64,000 nt of DNA from Candidatus Firestoneibacteriota bacterium (GCA_026388015.1 JAPLKO010000047.1:108424-172423); one strand, 5' to 3'. Positions 39,072 to 48,620 are shown, counted from the first letter of the stretch. Made by a program: numbers and translations. The notes: generated by a model not told the origin, from the letters alone.

Positions 39072-39984
39072 CTCCGGCTAATAAGTATAGTACTGCCATT
39101 CTTACTGCAATTCCATTTGTAACCTGCTCGCAGATAACTGATTGTTCGCTATCGGCAACTTCTGAAGATATTTCTACTCCGCGATTCATAGGTCCGGGAT
39201 GCATTACCAGCGCATCAATATTCGCAAGCTTTAGTTTTTCTTCATCCACACCGTATAGGGTAGAGAACTCCCTGAGAGAAGGAAAAAGGTTTCTTTTCTG
39301 TCTTTCAATCTGTATTCTCAGCATATAAACAACATCAGCGCCTTTAATCGCTTTTCGAAGATCGTGGTCAACTTTTACTCCCAACCTCTCAATATCCTGC
39401 GGGATCAGCGTTGGCGGCGCAACGAGTGTAAGATCGGCGCCCATTTTTGTCATACCATATATATTGGACCTGGCAACGCGGCTATGCGCGATATCTCCGA
39501 CCATAACAATTTTCAGCCCTTTTATCTTTTTCTTTTTTTCTCTTATTGTAAATAAATCCAGCAACCCTTGTGTCGGATGTTCGTGCATCCCATCCCCGGC
39601 ATTTACTATACCTGATTTTAGGGTCTTTGTAAGAAGCAGGGGAACGCCGGAACAGGAATGTCTCACAACAATCATATCTGATTCAAGAGCTTCAATAGTC
39701 TTTGCCGTGTCAATAAGGGTTTCGCCCTTTGCAACGCTGCTGGTAGAAACAGAGAAGTTTATGACATCCGCGCTCAAACGCTTTGCTGCAAGTTCAAAAG
39801 AAGTTCTGGTGCGGGTAGAGTTTTCAAAAAATAGATTTACAATAGTGCGGCCGCGGAGAGCCGGAACCTTTTTAATCTTTCTGTCAAAAACTGATTTAAA
39901 TGATTCTGCGGTATTAAGATACGTTTCAATTTCTTCGGTTGTTGCATCTTCCAGTCCGATAAGATGCTTTCGTTTTAGACCCAT
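39028..39984 (-). CDS. pyrB: Aspartate carbamoyltransferase catalytic subunit
   Basis: STRTRTSFE carbamoyl-phosphate binding motif and HPTQ. Confidence 0.9.
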   Translation of the reverse strand: MGLKRKHLIGLEDATTEEIETYLNTAESFKSVFDRKIKKVPALRGRTIVNLFFENSTRTRTSFELAAKRLSADVINFSVSTSSVAKGETLIDTAKTIEALESDMIVVRHSCSGVPLLLTKTLKSGIVNAGDGMHEHPTQGLLDLFTIREKKKKIKGLKIVMVGDIAHSRVARSNIYGMTKMGADLTLVAPPTLIPQDIERLGVKVDHDLRKAIKGADVVYMLRIQIERQKRNLFPSLREFSTLYGVDEEKLKLANIDALVMHPGPMNRGVEISSEVADSEQSVICEQVTNGIAVRMAVLYLLAGGETNEIATLSRQGN

Positions 39985-40072
39985 TTATTCACCTCCGGTG
40001 ATTAAAATTCGAAAACCTAAACAGTCGCTGTCCTTCCGGCGATCGGCAATACTCCGTACATCGCTTTCTTTG

Positions 40073-40594
40073 CTACAATATTGCAACACCGTCTTCTCCG
40101 TCAGATTCCTGCATTTTTATTTCTACCGCCTCTTTAAAAGAGGTTGGAATATTTTTACCGACATAATCTGCGTGAATCGGAAGCTGTTTGTGACCCCGGT
40201 CTATCAAAACCAGCAATTGAATTTTTTTAGGTCTGCCCAGATCTAAGAGCGCGTCTATTGCCGCCCGGGTGCTTCTTCCTGTAAAAAGAACATCATCAAC
40301 CAGAATAATATTTTTCCCGTCTATGCTAAATTTTATATCAGTCGACTGGGGGTTATTGGAGATTTTCAAGCTAACATCGTCTCTGTAAAAAGTAATATCT
40401 ATCGCCCCGACAGGAATCGTCTTCCCGCTTAACTTTTCAATGCGGGCGGCAATTCTCGCTGCAATAAGATCCCCCCTGCTTTTAATTCCCACCATAGCTA
40501 TTTCCTCTAAATTATCATTTTTTTCTATTACTTCGTGAGCCAAACGGGCCAAAGTCTTGCCAAGTCCGTCCTTATCCATTATCTTCTTAACCAT
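40073..40594 (-). CDS. pyrR: Bifunctional pyrimidine operon regulator / uracil phosphoribosyltransferase PyrR
   Basis: PRT motif ILVDDVLFTGRSTRAAIDAL. Confidence 0.9.
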   Translation of the reverse strand: MVKKIMDKDGLGKTLARLAHEVIEKNDNLEEIAMVGIKSRGDLIAARIAARIEKLSGKTIPVGAIDITFYRDDVSLKISNNPQSTDIKFSIDGKNIILVDDVLFTGRSTRAAIDALLDLGRPKKIQLLVLIDRGHKQLPIHADYVGKNIPTSFKEAVEIKMQESDGEDGVAIL

Positions 40595-40611
40595 GGCACC
40601 CCCATTTTAGT

Positions 40612-40652
40612 AAAAAAAAAGCCTTTTTAACGGCACTAACCGCTAAAAAGGC
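40612..40652 (-). terminator. pyr leader attenuator terminator
   Basis: On the mRNA strand: GCCUUUUUAGCGGUUAGUGCCGUUAAAAAGGC followed by U9, immediately before the pyrR start. Confidence 0.7.
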
Positions 40653-40690
40653 ACTCATATTTTCCAAGCAAACTGCTTTCATCTGACTCC

Positions 40691-40720
40691 TTGCCAACCT
40701 CTCCGGGTTGGATTTAAAGG
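40691..40720 (-). promoter_or_regulatory. PyrR-binding anti-antiterminator loop
   Basis: mRNA-strand sequence CCUUUAAAUCCAACCCGGAGAGGUUGGCAAGG matches the conserved PyrR box core UCCnGAGAGGyU. Confidence 0.6.
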
Positions 40721-40726
40721 TGCTTG

Positions 40727-40755
40727 AATATAGCAGTATTTTCGTATTTTGTCAA
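40727..40755 (-). promoter_or_regulatory. sigma70 promoter of the pyr operon (TTGACA - 17 nt - TATATT)
   Basis: On the minus strand: TTGACAaaatacgaaaatactgcTATATT, directly upstream of the PyrR box. Confidence 0.65.
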
Positions 40756-41269
40756 GTTGTTTTTGAACAGGTGCTATTTTCGCATAAAAAGAGATGTTTT
40801 CCTGCAAAATATTTTAACGGGAAGAGGTTCCGTGGTTCAAGTTTGTATGCCCTAAATTACGAAAATGTTCGCATCTCACCCCTTGGACACTAACTTATCG
40901 AAACCTTCTTCCCGCCTGACTTATTTTCAGAGAACGAAAAGGACGACATTTCTGCCGTCCGCACTATTTTGAAGACCCTTATTGGTTCTTTTGGAGCTAT
41001 CCCTGGTCTTGTGCTCAACACTGCCTTTTAGTACTTAGGCCGGAATTTGCCGGCTGACATACTTTTCATAAATAATCTTTATCTTCTTCTTCAGCTTTCT
41101 TTGCCGTTATTCTTTTCGAGGCTCCGGTATTTTGAATGGGAATAATATCAAATATTCTTAAGTTATTTGCTTTCCGGATTAAAAAAATCCGTAAAACACA
41201 TAATCATATTTTCTTGATTGTTTTTGAATATTCCTGCTACCGGCGCCATATAGTATATCTCAACTGTAA

Positions 41270-42325
41270 TTAATAATTGACATAAAGATAATATCTCAAC
41301 CTACCGCCTTGATTCAAGCCGGTCTGCTTGAATACAATGTAATGCTGCCCTGTTGTAGAGAATAGATCGGTTACGTTCACCGCTTTGGTACCTGCGACGC
41401 TATTAAGAACATGTCCTTCGGTCCCGTCACCCAGCTTAGCCAGTCCTGCTCTGCTCGCAACTGTAGAAGTAATTTCGTTGGAAATATTTTCGCCGTCTTG
41501 ATATACTTTCAAATCATTTAAATACATTTTTTGAACAGTGGAAACCGTCTGTGAAACAACACCTGTCAAACTTGAAGTATAGGTATGCGTATGACCTGCT
41601 GACGCACCGGAAGATGTGGGATTGTTTTTTGCTATTAAAAAACCATTATAATTTTTATTACCAACTTCATCTGCTCCCCAAATTCTTGTAGAAGTAGCCC
41701 ACTCGCAAACAATAGCGTGTGTATGATCTACTGTATGAGTGTGTCCATTTGACTGGTCAGAGGTCGTTCCATTATGATTGTGGCCTGCTAATTCCGTATA
41801 GTATTGCTCGTTGTATTTTTCTCCATAAAGGAAGAGTTTTATGCTTCTCGGCATTTTATCAAGGATAAAATATAGTTTTTCAGAAACATTCGCATCAACA
41901 TCTGCACGGCCGGATATAACCATTGGAGTATCAGCTCTGTTGGCATACTCAGATCTCAAGGCATATGCTACACTGGAAATTTTCTGACGCGGGGAAAGAA
42001 GCTCGCCTTCTACGGTCATTTGAATCCAATAATTACTGCTAAAATCAAGATTCGCTGAGAATGGGGAGGCTTCTGAGCCTAAAAGCACATTAAAAACTCC
42101 TTTGTTTACTGTAACCGGATAAGAGCCGCTCCATTTTTCCGAGCCTGCGGTTTCTGAGTCATAAAATGCAAATTTAATTGTTTTGACTCCTGTCACAGGG
42201 GAACCATTCTTTTCTGTCAATTTTCCGGGATAGTTTATCAAAACCGGCACATTGCAAAATATACCACCCGCTACTACTAAAATAATAATAACTGCTTTGA
42301 CCGTTTCTATCATGTACGATATCAC
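41270..42325 (-). CDS. Membrane-anchored hypothetical protein with His-x-His repeat clusters (possible metal-binding fibre/adhesin-like domain)
   Basis: N-terminal TM segment. GHNHNGTTSDQSNGHTHTVDHTHAIV and AGHTHTYTSS motifs. It is flanked by non-coding stretches of about 500 bp and about 200 bp. Confidence 0.45.
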   Translation of the reverse strand: MISYMIETVKAVIIILVVAGGIFCNVPVLINYPGKLTEKNGSPVTGVKTIKFAFYDSETAGSEKWSGSYPVTVNKGVFNVLLGSEASPFSANLDFSSNYWIQMTVEGELLSPRQKISSVAYALRSEYANRADTPMVISGRADVDANVSEKLYFILDKMPRSIKLFLYGEKYNEQYYTELAGHNHNGTTSDQSNGHTHTVDHTHAIVCEWATSTRIWGADEVGNKNYNGFLIAKNNPTSSGASAGHTHTYTSSLTGVVSQTVSTVQKMYLNDLKVYQDGENISNEITSTVASRAGLAKLGDGTEGHVLNSVAGTKAVNVTDLFSTTGQHYIVFKQTGLNQGGRLRYYLYVNY

Positions 42326-42530
42326 CCCTTGTGTAGGATATTTACTTATAACAAATTATTGATTTTTTGTCAATAAATATTTTTTTTATATTAAAATCTA
42401 ATAACACTAAAACAACTTGCGCTCAGGCTCTGCCTATAGGGGCGGGAAGGCGGGTTATTCACGTAGCATACTTTTTTCTTTTTTAAGGCCGGTTCAAGCA
42501 TGTATTTTGCAGATAGTTTCCATACAAAGA

Positions 42531-43097
42531 TTACATTGCCTTGCTATATTCTTTTTTTAGTAAACCGTAGGTGAGATAATCCTGCCATTCACCTTCTTTG
42601 AAAAACTTTTCTCTTTCTACGCCTTCAAAAATGAAACCGAATTTTCTAAGTATCCGTTCCGAAGCAGGGTTTTCGGAATAGACGTTGGCATAAATTCTAT
42701 GAAGTCCGATGGTCTCAAAGCCGAAGGAAAGAACTTCTTTTACGGCTTCGGTCATATAACCTTTTCCCCAGTACTTTTTCCCGATCCAATAGCCAAGCAT
42801 TGCGTTCTTGTTTTTATAATCAACTTTCTCCAGGGATATGACGCCAACGGCCTCCTTTTTTATTCCTTTTATTGTTATGCCAAAGGTAAACCTTTTCTTG
42901 TTTTCGAATTTTGCTATGGCCGTAAGCACAAATTTAAGCGCCAAATCCTTCGGATAGGGATATGGTACACCCGAAAGCCATCTGGAGATTTCTTTATCCC
43001 TGATGTTTGCATAGAGGCCCGGCGCATCGGTATGATTAAGCTTGCGAAGAAGCAGCCTTTTACTTTCAAGCCTTTCCGGTATTTTTTTTGACTTCAT
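42531..43097 (-). CDS. GNAT-family N-acetyltransferase (RimJ/RimL-like)
   Basis: The segment RFTFGITIKGIKKEAVGVISLEKVD...GYWIGKKYWGKGYMTEAVKEVLSFGF contains GNAT motifs A and B. Confidence 0.8.
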   Translation of the reverse strand: MKSKKIPERLESKRLLLRKLNHTDAPGLYANIRDKEISRWLSGVPYPYPKDLALKFVLTAIAKFENKKRFTFGITIKGIKKEAVGVISLEKVDYKNKNAMLGYWIGKKYWGKGYMTEAVKEVLSFGFETIGLHRIYANVYSENPASERILRKFGFIFEGVEREKFFKEGEWQDYLTYGLLKKEYSKAM

Positions 43098-43169
43098 TTT
43101 TCTCCCAAAGACGCCGGTTTCACATTTACAAAAACCTGAGCACCGCGCTATACCCTGAATGAACTTTTG

Positions 43170-43976
43170 CTAAAGTTTTATATTTAAGAGTTTTTCCGCA
43201 TTTCTATAGTATATTTTTTCTTTTGTCTCGTTATCCAGTCCGAGGGCTTCAAGCATATCCGAGACCTGCCTGGCTCGCATCCAAGGGAAGTCGGACCCAA
43301 AGAGCATCTTATCCGAGCCGTGCTTTATTATTATTTTTTTCATAATATTCGCGCTTATCTCCGCAGAATACGAAGTATCAAAATAGACATCTTTTCCTGC
43401 AAGGATTTCGTGCACCTCCTCCCACATCTGATAAGAACCTGTATGCGCGAATATCATCTTAAGTCCGGGTATCTTTGTAACTTCAAGCAGACGCGCAGGC
43501 GTGGCATGCACTAAATCAGGGTAGGCAAAATCCACTCCGGCGTGAAAGAGTATAATAATATTATTTTTTGCGCAGGCTTCATAAATCACCTTCATAGAAG
43601 GGTCGTCCGGATAAAATGTTTGATATTCCGGATGCAATTTTATACCGCTTATTCCGTTTGCCGCAAGATATGCAATTTCTTCTGCGGGATTTCCGGTTTC
43701 CCTGTATAAAGGGTGCATCGCCCCGAAGCCAATGATATCCTTTGACGTTTTGTTAAACTCCACCATCCTCTTATTAATGCCCCGGACCTGTTCTTTTTTT
43801 GTCGCCACGGGAGCATTGACTGAAATATTTATGCCATCCAGCTTCATGTATTCTCGCATAGAGACGGCAGTACCTTCTCCCCAAACTTTAATATTTGCTT
43901 TCTCTGAAAGCATTTTTACCGTAGACGGAGCAATACTGTCAGGAAAAAAATGTGTATGTATGTCAATTATCTTCAC
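43170..43976 (-). CDS. Amidohydrolase-2 family metal-dependent hydrolase (TIM barrel)
   Basis: MKIIDIHTHFFP N-terminal HxH metal motif, a downstream His in HAG and a C-terminal FGSDFPW. Confidence 0.75.
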   Translation of the reverse strand: MKIIDIHTHFFPDSIAPSTVKMLSEKANIKVWGEGTAVSMREYMKLDGINISVNAPVATKKEQVRGINKRMVEFNKTSKDIIGFGAMHPLYRETGNPAEEIAYLAANGISGIKLHPEYQTFYPDDPSMKVIYEACAKNNIIILFHAGVDFAYPDLVHATPARLLEVTKIPGLKMIFAHTGSYQMWEEVHEILAGKDVYFDTSYSAEISANIMKKIIIKHGSDKMLFGSDFPWMRARQVSDMLEALGLDNETKEKIYYRNAEKLLNIKL

Positions 43977-44250
43977 TTAAATCTCCGGGTTTTAGGAATT
44001 AATTGCTTTTTTTAAATAAAAACAACTATAATATCTGCTTAGATTTTAACAAACATCTTCAATAATTGGAAGGCAAATTATTTGACATTATGTTAATAGT
44101 TCTACCGTAGAACCCCTTGTCTTTAAAAATGATAATCTGGCAGAGCAATAGCTCAAAGGTGCCGTCCGCGAGCGGAAAGAGGAACTTTCCAGGGCTGAAC
44201 GGGGTAATACGACAGGTAAAGAGGAGTAATCCGGCGGATTTTAGCTGTTC

Positions 44251-46107
44251 TTATTTTATTGTCACATCCAGGCATTTTCTTACATTTGAATATTTCTGTT
44301 CCAGGTTCGCGATTACAAAAGAAACGGCTTCACTCACTCCGGTTTCAGCTCTCACCAGTATCTGTACGGCTTTACCTTTTTTTGACGGAAGGCTTGCAGG
44401 AATCGGACCCAATATTTCAATATTTTTATCACCTTTTTCTTCAAAACACTGTATAAACTCTATTGCCCTTGCTCCTGCCTCCTCTTCGGTTTTACCCGAG
44501 ACTATTATCTCCCCCAAACGGCAATACGGGGGATATTTTAGTGTTTTACGCATTTTAAGTTCTTCGTCTTTAAATTTTTCAACTTGGTTTTTGCGGAAAG
44601 CTTCGGCAATCCTGTTTTCTTTTTTTAAAATCTGAATATAAATATTAACCTCCGGCCTTGCGGTATCCAAAAGAGAAAGAGCGAGGTTTAACGCTTTTTC
44701 CGTAGAGTCAAACGCCGGAAGGTTCATAACATAATCAAAGCCCAGAATTCCCACAACTCCTTTTTCCATCTCCCTTATGTAAGGCAGCGCCATTTGGGTC
44801 CCCACAATAAGTTCCGTCTTTCCGTCCTTGAATCTTCTTAACGCAGCCTTTCTTTGAGAGCTTTTAATTAAAATGTCAGAATCTACTCTCTCCATAGGCA
44901 CGTATTTAAGAGTTTTTTTTATCTCTTCAGCGACTTTTTCAACGCCCAGGCCTGCGGCATATAACAGAATACCCTGACAAGACGGACATTTATCCAAAAC
45001 AGAATTCTTCCTCCCGCAATACCGGCATTGCAAGACATTATCTTTTTTGTAAATCGACATTCCGACACCGCATCTTTCGCATTTAACGGCTTCACCGCAT
45101 TCTTTACAGCGCAAAGAAGTGGAAAAACCTTTACGAGTGGCAATTAAAACACCTCTGCCTCCGTTTTTCAACGTCTCTCTAAACGCATTATCGATTTTGA
45201 AAGAGATTACTTTGTTCTTGTCATAAAACTCGACTATTTGAAGCCGCGATAAATCCGCTGATTTTTTTATTGCCGGAGGGTACCTAGACCGTGTTGACAG
45301 GGAAAGAGAATACGACCCGAGCACAACCTTCAGACCCTCAAGTTTTCCTCTTTGAATAACGGCAGCTACGGTGGAAAACCTCGGAGTCTCTTCGCTTTCA
45401 TAAGCTGAAGCGTTCTCCTCTTCTACTATAATTACAGAAAGCCCGTTTATAGGCAAAAATGCCGCTTGCCTTGTTGCAATAATTACTTTTGGCAATGGTG
45501 ACAGCATTCCGGATAGCGCCTCAAAAGCCGCGCCGTGACTGAGCCGGGAATTAAAACAAATGACTTTAATTTTCAGCCTCTCTTCCACTTGCTTTGAAAA
45601 TACTTCAATAAGGGAAGCCTCTGGGACCAGCAGCAAAACAGAGCCTTCTTCCTGTAAACTGTTTTCTATTTCCTTTAGATAATGATTAATTCTGTCAGTG
45701 AAGGGCGCTTCTGCTCCAAATATTTCATTTTTTCCAAGTGAGACCGTAAAAGAACTTTTCGGCTGCCAAACTTTCTTTCGCGTAGGAAAATATTTCAGTT
45801 TTTCAGGGTAGAGAGCGTGTAATGTTAAGCCCAAAGAGGCGCAGCATTCTCCGGAAATCCATTTGGCAAGCGAAAACAATGAAGAGTTTATGACAGGGAA
45901 TGGATCATAAAGCTCTTTGATCTGTTTTAGACCTTTAACCGTGCTTTCCTTTGGAAAAGACACCACAAAGCCGACTGTTTGACGAAAACCTAAAGGAACA
46001 ATGACTCTTTGAAACAAGGTAAGCCGGTCAACAAGGTTTTCAGGAACTATATAATGAAAAGTTTTCCCCGAAGGGACATTAATTGCTACTTCCGCATAGA
46101 CGGTCAT
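44251..46107 (-). CDS. priA: Primosomal protein N' (PriA helicase), short form
   Basis: Helicase motifs, including a DEEN/DExH-like box (VIIVEEEN), and a cysteine-rich zinc-binding insert CKECGEAVKCERCGVGMS...CRYCG...CPSCQG. Confidence 0.8.
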   Translation of the reverse strand: MTVYAEVAINVPSGKTFHYIVPENLVDRLTLFQRVIVPLGFRQTVGFVVSFPKESTVKGLKQIKELYDPFPVINSSLFSLAKWISGECCASLGLTLHALYPEKLKYFPTRKKVWQPKSSFTVSLGKNEIFGAEAPFTDRINHYLKEIENSLQEEGSVLLLVPEASLIEVFSKQVEERLKIKVICFNSRLSHGAAFEALSGMLSPLPKVIIATRQAAFLPINGLSVIIVEEENASAYESEETPRFSTVAAVIQRGKLEGLKVVLGSYSLSLSTRSRYPPAIKKSADLSRLQIVEFYDKNKVISFKIDNAFRETLKNGGRGVLIATRKGFSTSLRCKECGEAVKCERCGVGMSIYKKDNVLQCRYCGRKNSVLDKCPSCQGILLYAAGLGVEKVAEEIKKTLKYVPMERVDSDILIKSSQRKAALRRFKDGKTELIVGTQMALPYIREMEKGVVGILGFDYVMNLPAFDSTEKALNLALSLLDTARPEVNIYIQILKKENRIAEAFRKNQVEKFKDEELKMRKTLKYPPYCRLGEIIVSGKTEEEAGARAIEFIQCFEEKGDKNIEILGPIPASLPSKKGKAVQILVRAETGVSEAVSFVIANLEQKYSNVRKCLDVTIK

Positions 46108-46810
46108 ATTCTTTCCTTAGGAATTTTACATCTTTCCATACATCCACTTTATAAGCAGGATTCCTAAGACAGGCCGACGGATGAAAAGTTGCCACTACTT
46201 CTATTCCGTTCCAGTCGAGCGCCCTGCCTCGAAGCTTGGTAATTCCTTCTTTTGTATTTAGGAGGGTCTGGGTTGACGGGTTTCCCAAAGTGCAAATAAT
46301 TTTTGGTTTTAACAGTTTTATTTGTTCATACAAATACGGAATGCATTTTTCTATTTCTTCCGGTTCCGGCTGGCGATTATTGGGAGGTCTGCATTTGATG
46401 ATATTTAGAATGAAGACTTCTTCTCTTTTAAAACCTATAGACTCTATAATTTTTGTAAGCAGCTGCCCGGAGCGCCCGACAAAAGGCTTTCCTTGTTCAT
46501 CCTCATCTGCGCCGGGAGCCTCTCCGATAAAAACCAGTTTCGCATCAGGATCCCCTTCCCCAAAGACAAAATTTTGACGGGTCTTTCCGAGACCACATTT
46601 CATGCATCCTCTTATCTTATCTTTGTAGGCCTCAAGCGCCTTACTGCTGTTTGTTTTCAAGGTTGACACTGCTCCTGCTTTTCCTTTTGGCGCCTTCAAA
46701 TCTTCTCTAAAATAAACAAACCCTTCTTCCAAAGACTGCTTAGCTTCTTCTTGAAGGGCTTTAACCACCTCGGAAATACTGTTACTTGGATTTCTTTTTT
46801 GCTTCAACAT
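46079..46810 (-). CDS. Uracil-DNA glycosylase, family 4 (4Fe-4S type)
   Basis: GEGDPDAKLVFIGEAPGADEDEQGKPFVGRSGQLL plus CMKCGL. Confidence 0.8.
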   Translation of the reverse strand: MLKQKRNPSNSISEVVKALQEEAKQSLEEGFVYFREDLKAPKGKAGAVSTLKTNSSKALEAYKDKIRGCMKCGLGKTRQNFVFGEGDPDAKLVFIGEAPGADEDEQGKPFVGRSGQLLTKIIESIGFKREEVFILNIIKCRPPNNRQPEPEEIEKCIPYLYEQIKLLKPKIICTLGNPSTQTLLNTKEGITKLRGRALDWNGIEVVATFHPSACLRNPAYKVDVWKDVKFLRKEYDRLCGSSN

Positions 46811-46985
46811 ACTTGACTTTGTGATTCAAAACTTCTTCCAGCGCCTGAAAAGAGACTTTGGCAAAGGATTTCTTGTCGTCGTTTTCTTTTTCATTTATTA
46901 CTCTAGCCCGAAGCGCAGCAACCACAGAAACTCTGAATTTGTTCGTCTCTTTATCCAGTTTTTTTTCCAGCGAGAAAGTACTCAT
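46782..46985 (-). CDS. rpoZ: DNA-directed RNA polymerase subunit omega
   Basis: 67 aa. NKFRVSVVAALRARVIN matches the omega core helix. It sits in the conserved gmk-rpoZ position. Confidence 0.6.
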   Translation of the reverse strand: MSTFSLEKKLDKETNKFRVSVVAALRARVINEKENDDKKSFAKVSFQALEEVLNHKVKYVEAKKKSK

Positions 46986-47070
46986 TTAGACCCTCCATAT
47001 AACTTTTTTTATGAAAAGATATTATACCAGATAAATATCGCATGTACTACTTTTTTCTTATAAAGACTTG

Positions 47071-47715
47071 TTACTTAATAATAAGCTGTCTTTTTGCCAG
47101 GATTATGCTTTCAACTATCTTTACTGTTTCTTTTAGACTGTCATTTACAATCAAATAATCATATTGGCTAAGGTATTTTAGCTCTTTTACTGCAGTATTA
47201 AGCCGCACTTTGATCTGCGCCGCAGTTTCACTGCCTCTTTTTTCTAAACGTTTCTTCATTACTGCCAGTGAAGGAGGAAGAAGAAATATTAGTAATGCAT
47301 TTTTGAATTTTTTTCTGAGGGCTGCTCCGCCCTTAACGTCTATTGTCAGGATTATGGCCTTTTTTTCAGCCATCTGTTTTTCTATATATTTTTTGGGAGT
47401 ACCATAATAACTTTCATGCACTTTTTCCCACTCTAAGAAGCGGCCTTTCTTCACTAATTTCGGAAATTTCTCTCCTACAAAAAAATAATCCCTGCCTTCC
47501 TTCTCTCCTTTTCTGGGGCTTCTCGAGGTGGCAGAGATAGAATTTACAATTGAGCCGTTGCTCCTGCGCACCAATTCCCGGCAAACCGTTGTCTTGCCGA
47601 CTGCGGTTGGAGATGAAATTACGACCAAAAGGCCCCGGTTTTCCAAGTGTTTTTTAACCGCAGAATTGAAGACTTTATTATTCAACATTTTGAACCTGCT
47701 CCCTGATCTTTTCAA
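47071..47715 (-). CDS. gmk: Guanylate kinase
   Basis: P-loop SSPTAVGKTT and the GMP-binding region YYGTPKKYIEKQMAEKKAIILTIDVKG. Confidence 0.85.
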   Translation of the reverse strand: MKRSGSRFKMLNNKVFNSAVKKHLENRGLLVVISSPTAVGKTTVCRELVRRSNGSIVNSISATSRSPRKGEKEGRDYFFVGEKFPKLVKKGRFLEWEKVHESYYGTPKKYIEKQMAEKKAIILTIDVKGGAALRKKFKNALLIFLLPPSLAVMKKRLEKRGSETAAQIKVRLNTAVKELKYLSQYDYLIVNDSLKETVKIVESIILAKRQLIIK

Positions 47716-48541
47716 GCTCTTCCTTGAAGGAAACGACCATATGCGAAACTGCGCTATTACTGCATTTACTGCCTATAGTGTTAATCTCTCTTAAAAACTC
47801 CTGAACAAGAAAATCCAGCTTGCGGCCCTTGGTGCCTTTGGAATTTATTATATGATAGAACTCGTTAATATGGCTCTTAATTCTGGTAATCTCTTCGGAA
47901 ATATCACTCTTCTCCACCATAAGGGAAACCTCGGTGTAAACCCGGCCTTGATCCATCTTAATATCTTTATAATTGTTTTTTACCTTATCTTCAATGCGCT
48001 TTTTATTGTCGCCCTTGGCTTTATGATTGGTTTTTTCTATACCCTCAAGAAGTTTCTTCAACGTATTAATTCTTGCGATAAAATCTTTTTTAATCCTTCC
48101 TCCTTCGCGCTCCCTTGCTTTAATAAACATCAAAAGGGCCTTTTCAAGGGCTTCTTTTATCTGTTCCCAGCCCACCTGCTTTTCTTCATAAACTCTAAAT
48201 ATCTCGGGAAGCCGGAGAACATCGGCTATTGTTATTTCTCCCTTTATGTTAAGGTTTTTTTTCAACTCAGCGACAGACCTTAAATATTCTTTTGCAAGAT
48301 GGTGATTAATAGAAACTCTCTGATTTTTATAGCCCTCAAGTATAATGACGGCAACATCTATTCTACCGCGGTCCAGCTCTTTCCTTAAAAGCTCTTTAAT
48401 GCGTTCCTGAAACTGCAGGAGTTGTGATGACATTCTGTAATTTATATCAAAATATTTGTGGTTGACGGAACTTATCTCGACAGCATATTTTATATTGCCC
48501 GACTCGTTCTTGCCCCGGCCAAACCCTGTCATACTTTTCAT
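47678..48541 (-). CDS. yicC: YicC-family stress-induced protein (endoribonuclease YicC)
   Basis: MKSMTGFGRG N-terminus and a conserved C-terminal domain. It is positioned upstream of gmk, as in many bacteria. Confidence 0.85.
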   Translation of the reverse strand: MKSMTGFGRGKNESGNIKYAVEISSVNHKYFDINYRMSSQLLQFQERIKELLRKELDRGRIDVAVIILEGYKNQRVSINHHLAKEYLRSVAELKKNLNIKGEITIADVLRLPEIFRVYEEKQVGWEQIKEALEKALLMFIKAREREGGRIKKDFIARINTLKKLLEGIEKTNHKAKGDNKKRIEDKVKNNYKDIKMDQGRVYTEVSLMVEKSDISEEITRIKSHINEFYHIINSKGTKGRKLDFLVQEFLREINTIGSKCSNSAVSHMVVSFKEELEKIREQVQNVE

Positions 48542-48620
48542 AGTGTCGCTCCTGAGGTAGATTTCGCTTATACATTTCTTTTGAATTTACAAACTGTTTC
48601 ACGTTGCCTGTTGCTTTTTT

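Noticed and set aside
39985-40072. Second PyrR-binding attenuator between pyrR and pyrB
   Set aside because: The spacer contains small hairpins (ACAGCGACUGU) but no convincing UCCnGAGAGGyU box on the mRNA strand and no U-tract terminator. Only the pyrR-proximal attenuator is supported.
39464-40246. 260-aa plus-strand ORF
   Set aside because: Antisense across pyrB, the pyrB-pyrR junction and pyrR. The real genes there are certain.
40708-40893. 61-aa plus-strand ORF
   Set aside because: Sits inside the pyr operon promoter/attenuator on the opposite strand. No RBS and no conservation signal.
44117-44635. 172-aa plus-strand ORF
   Set aside because: Begins in the intergenic spacer and runs antisense into priA. 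Ser-rich low-complexity translation.
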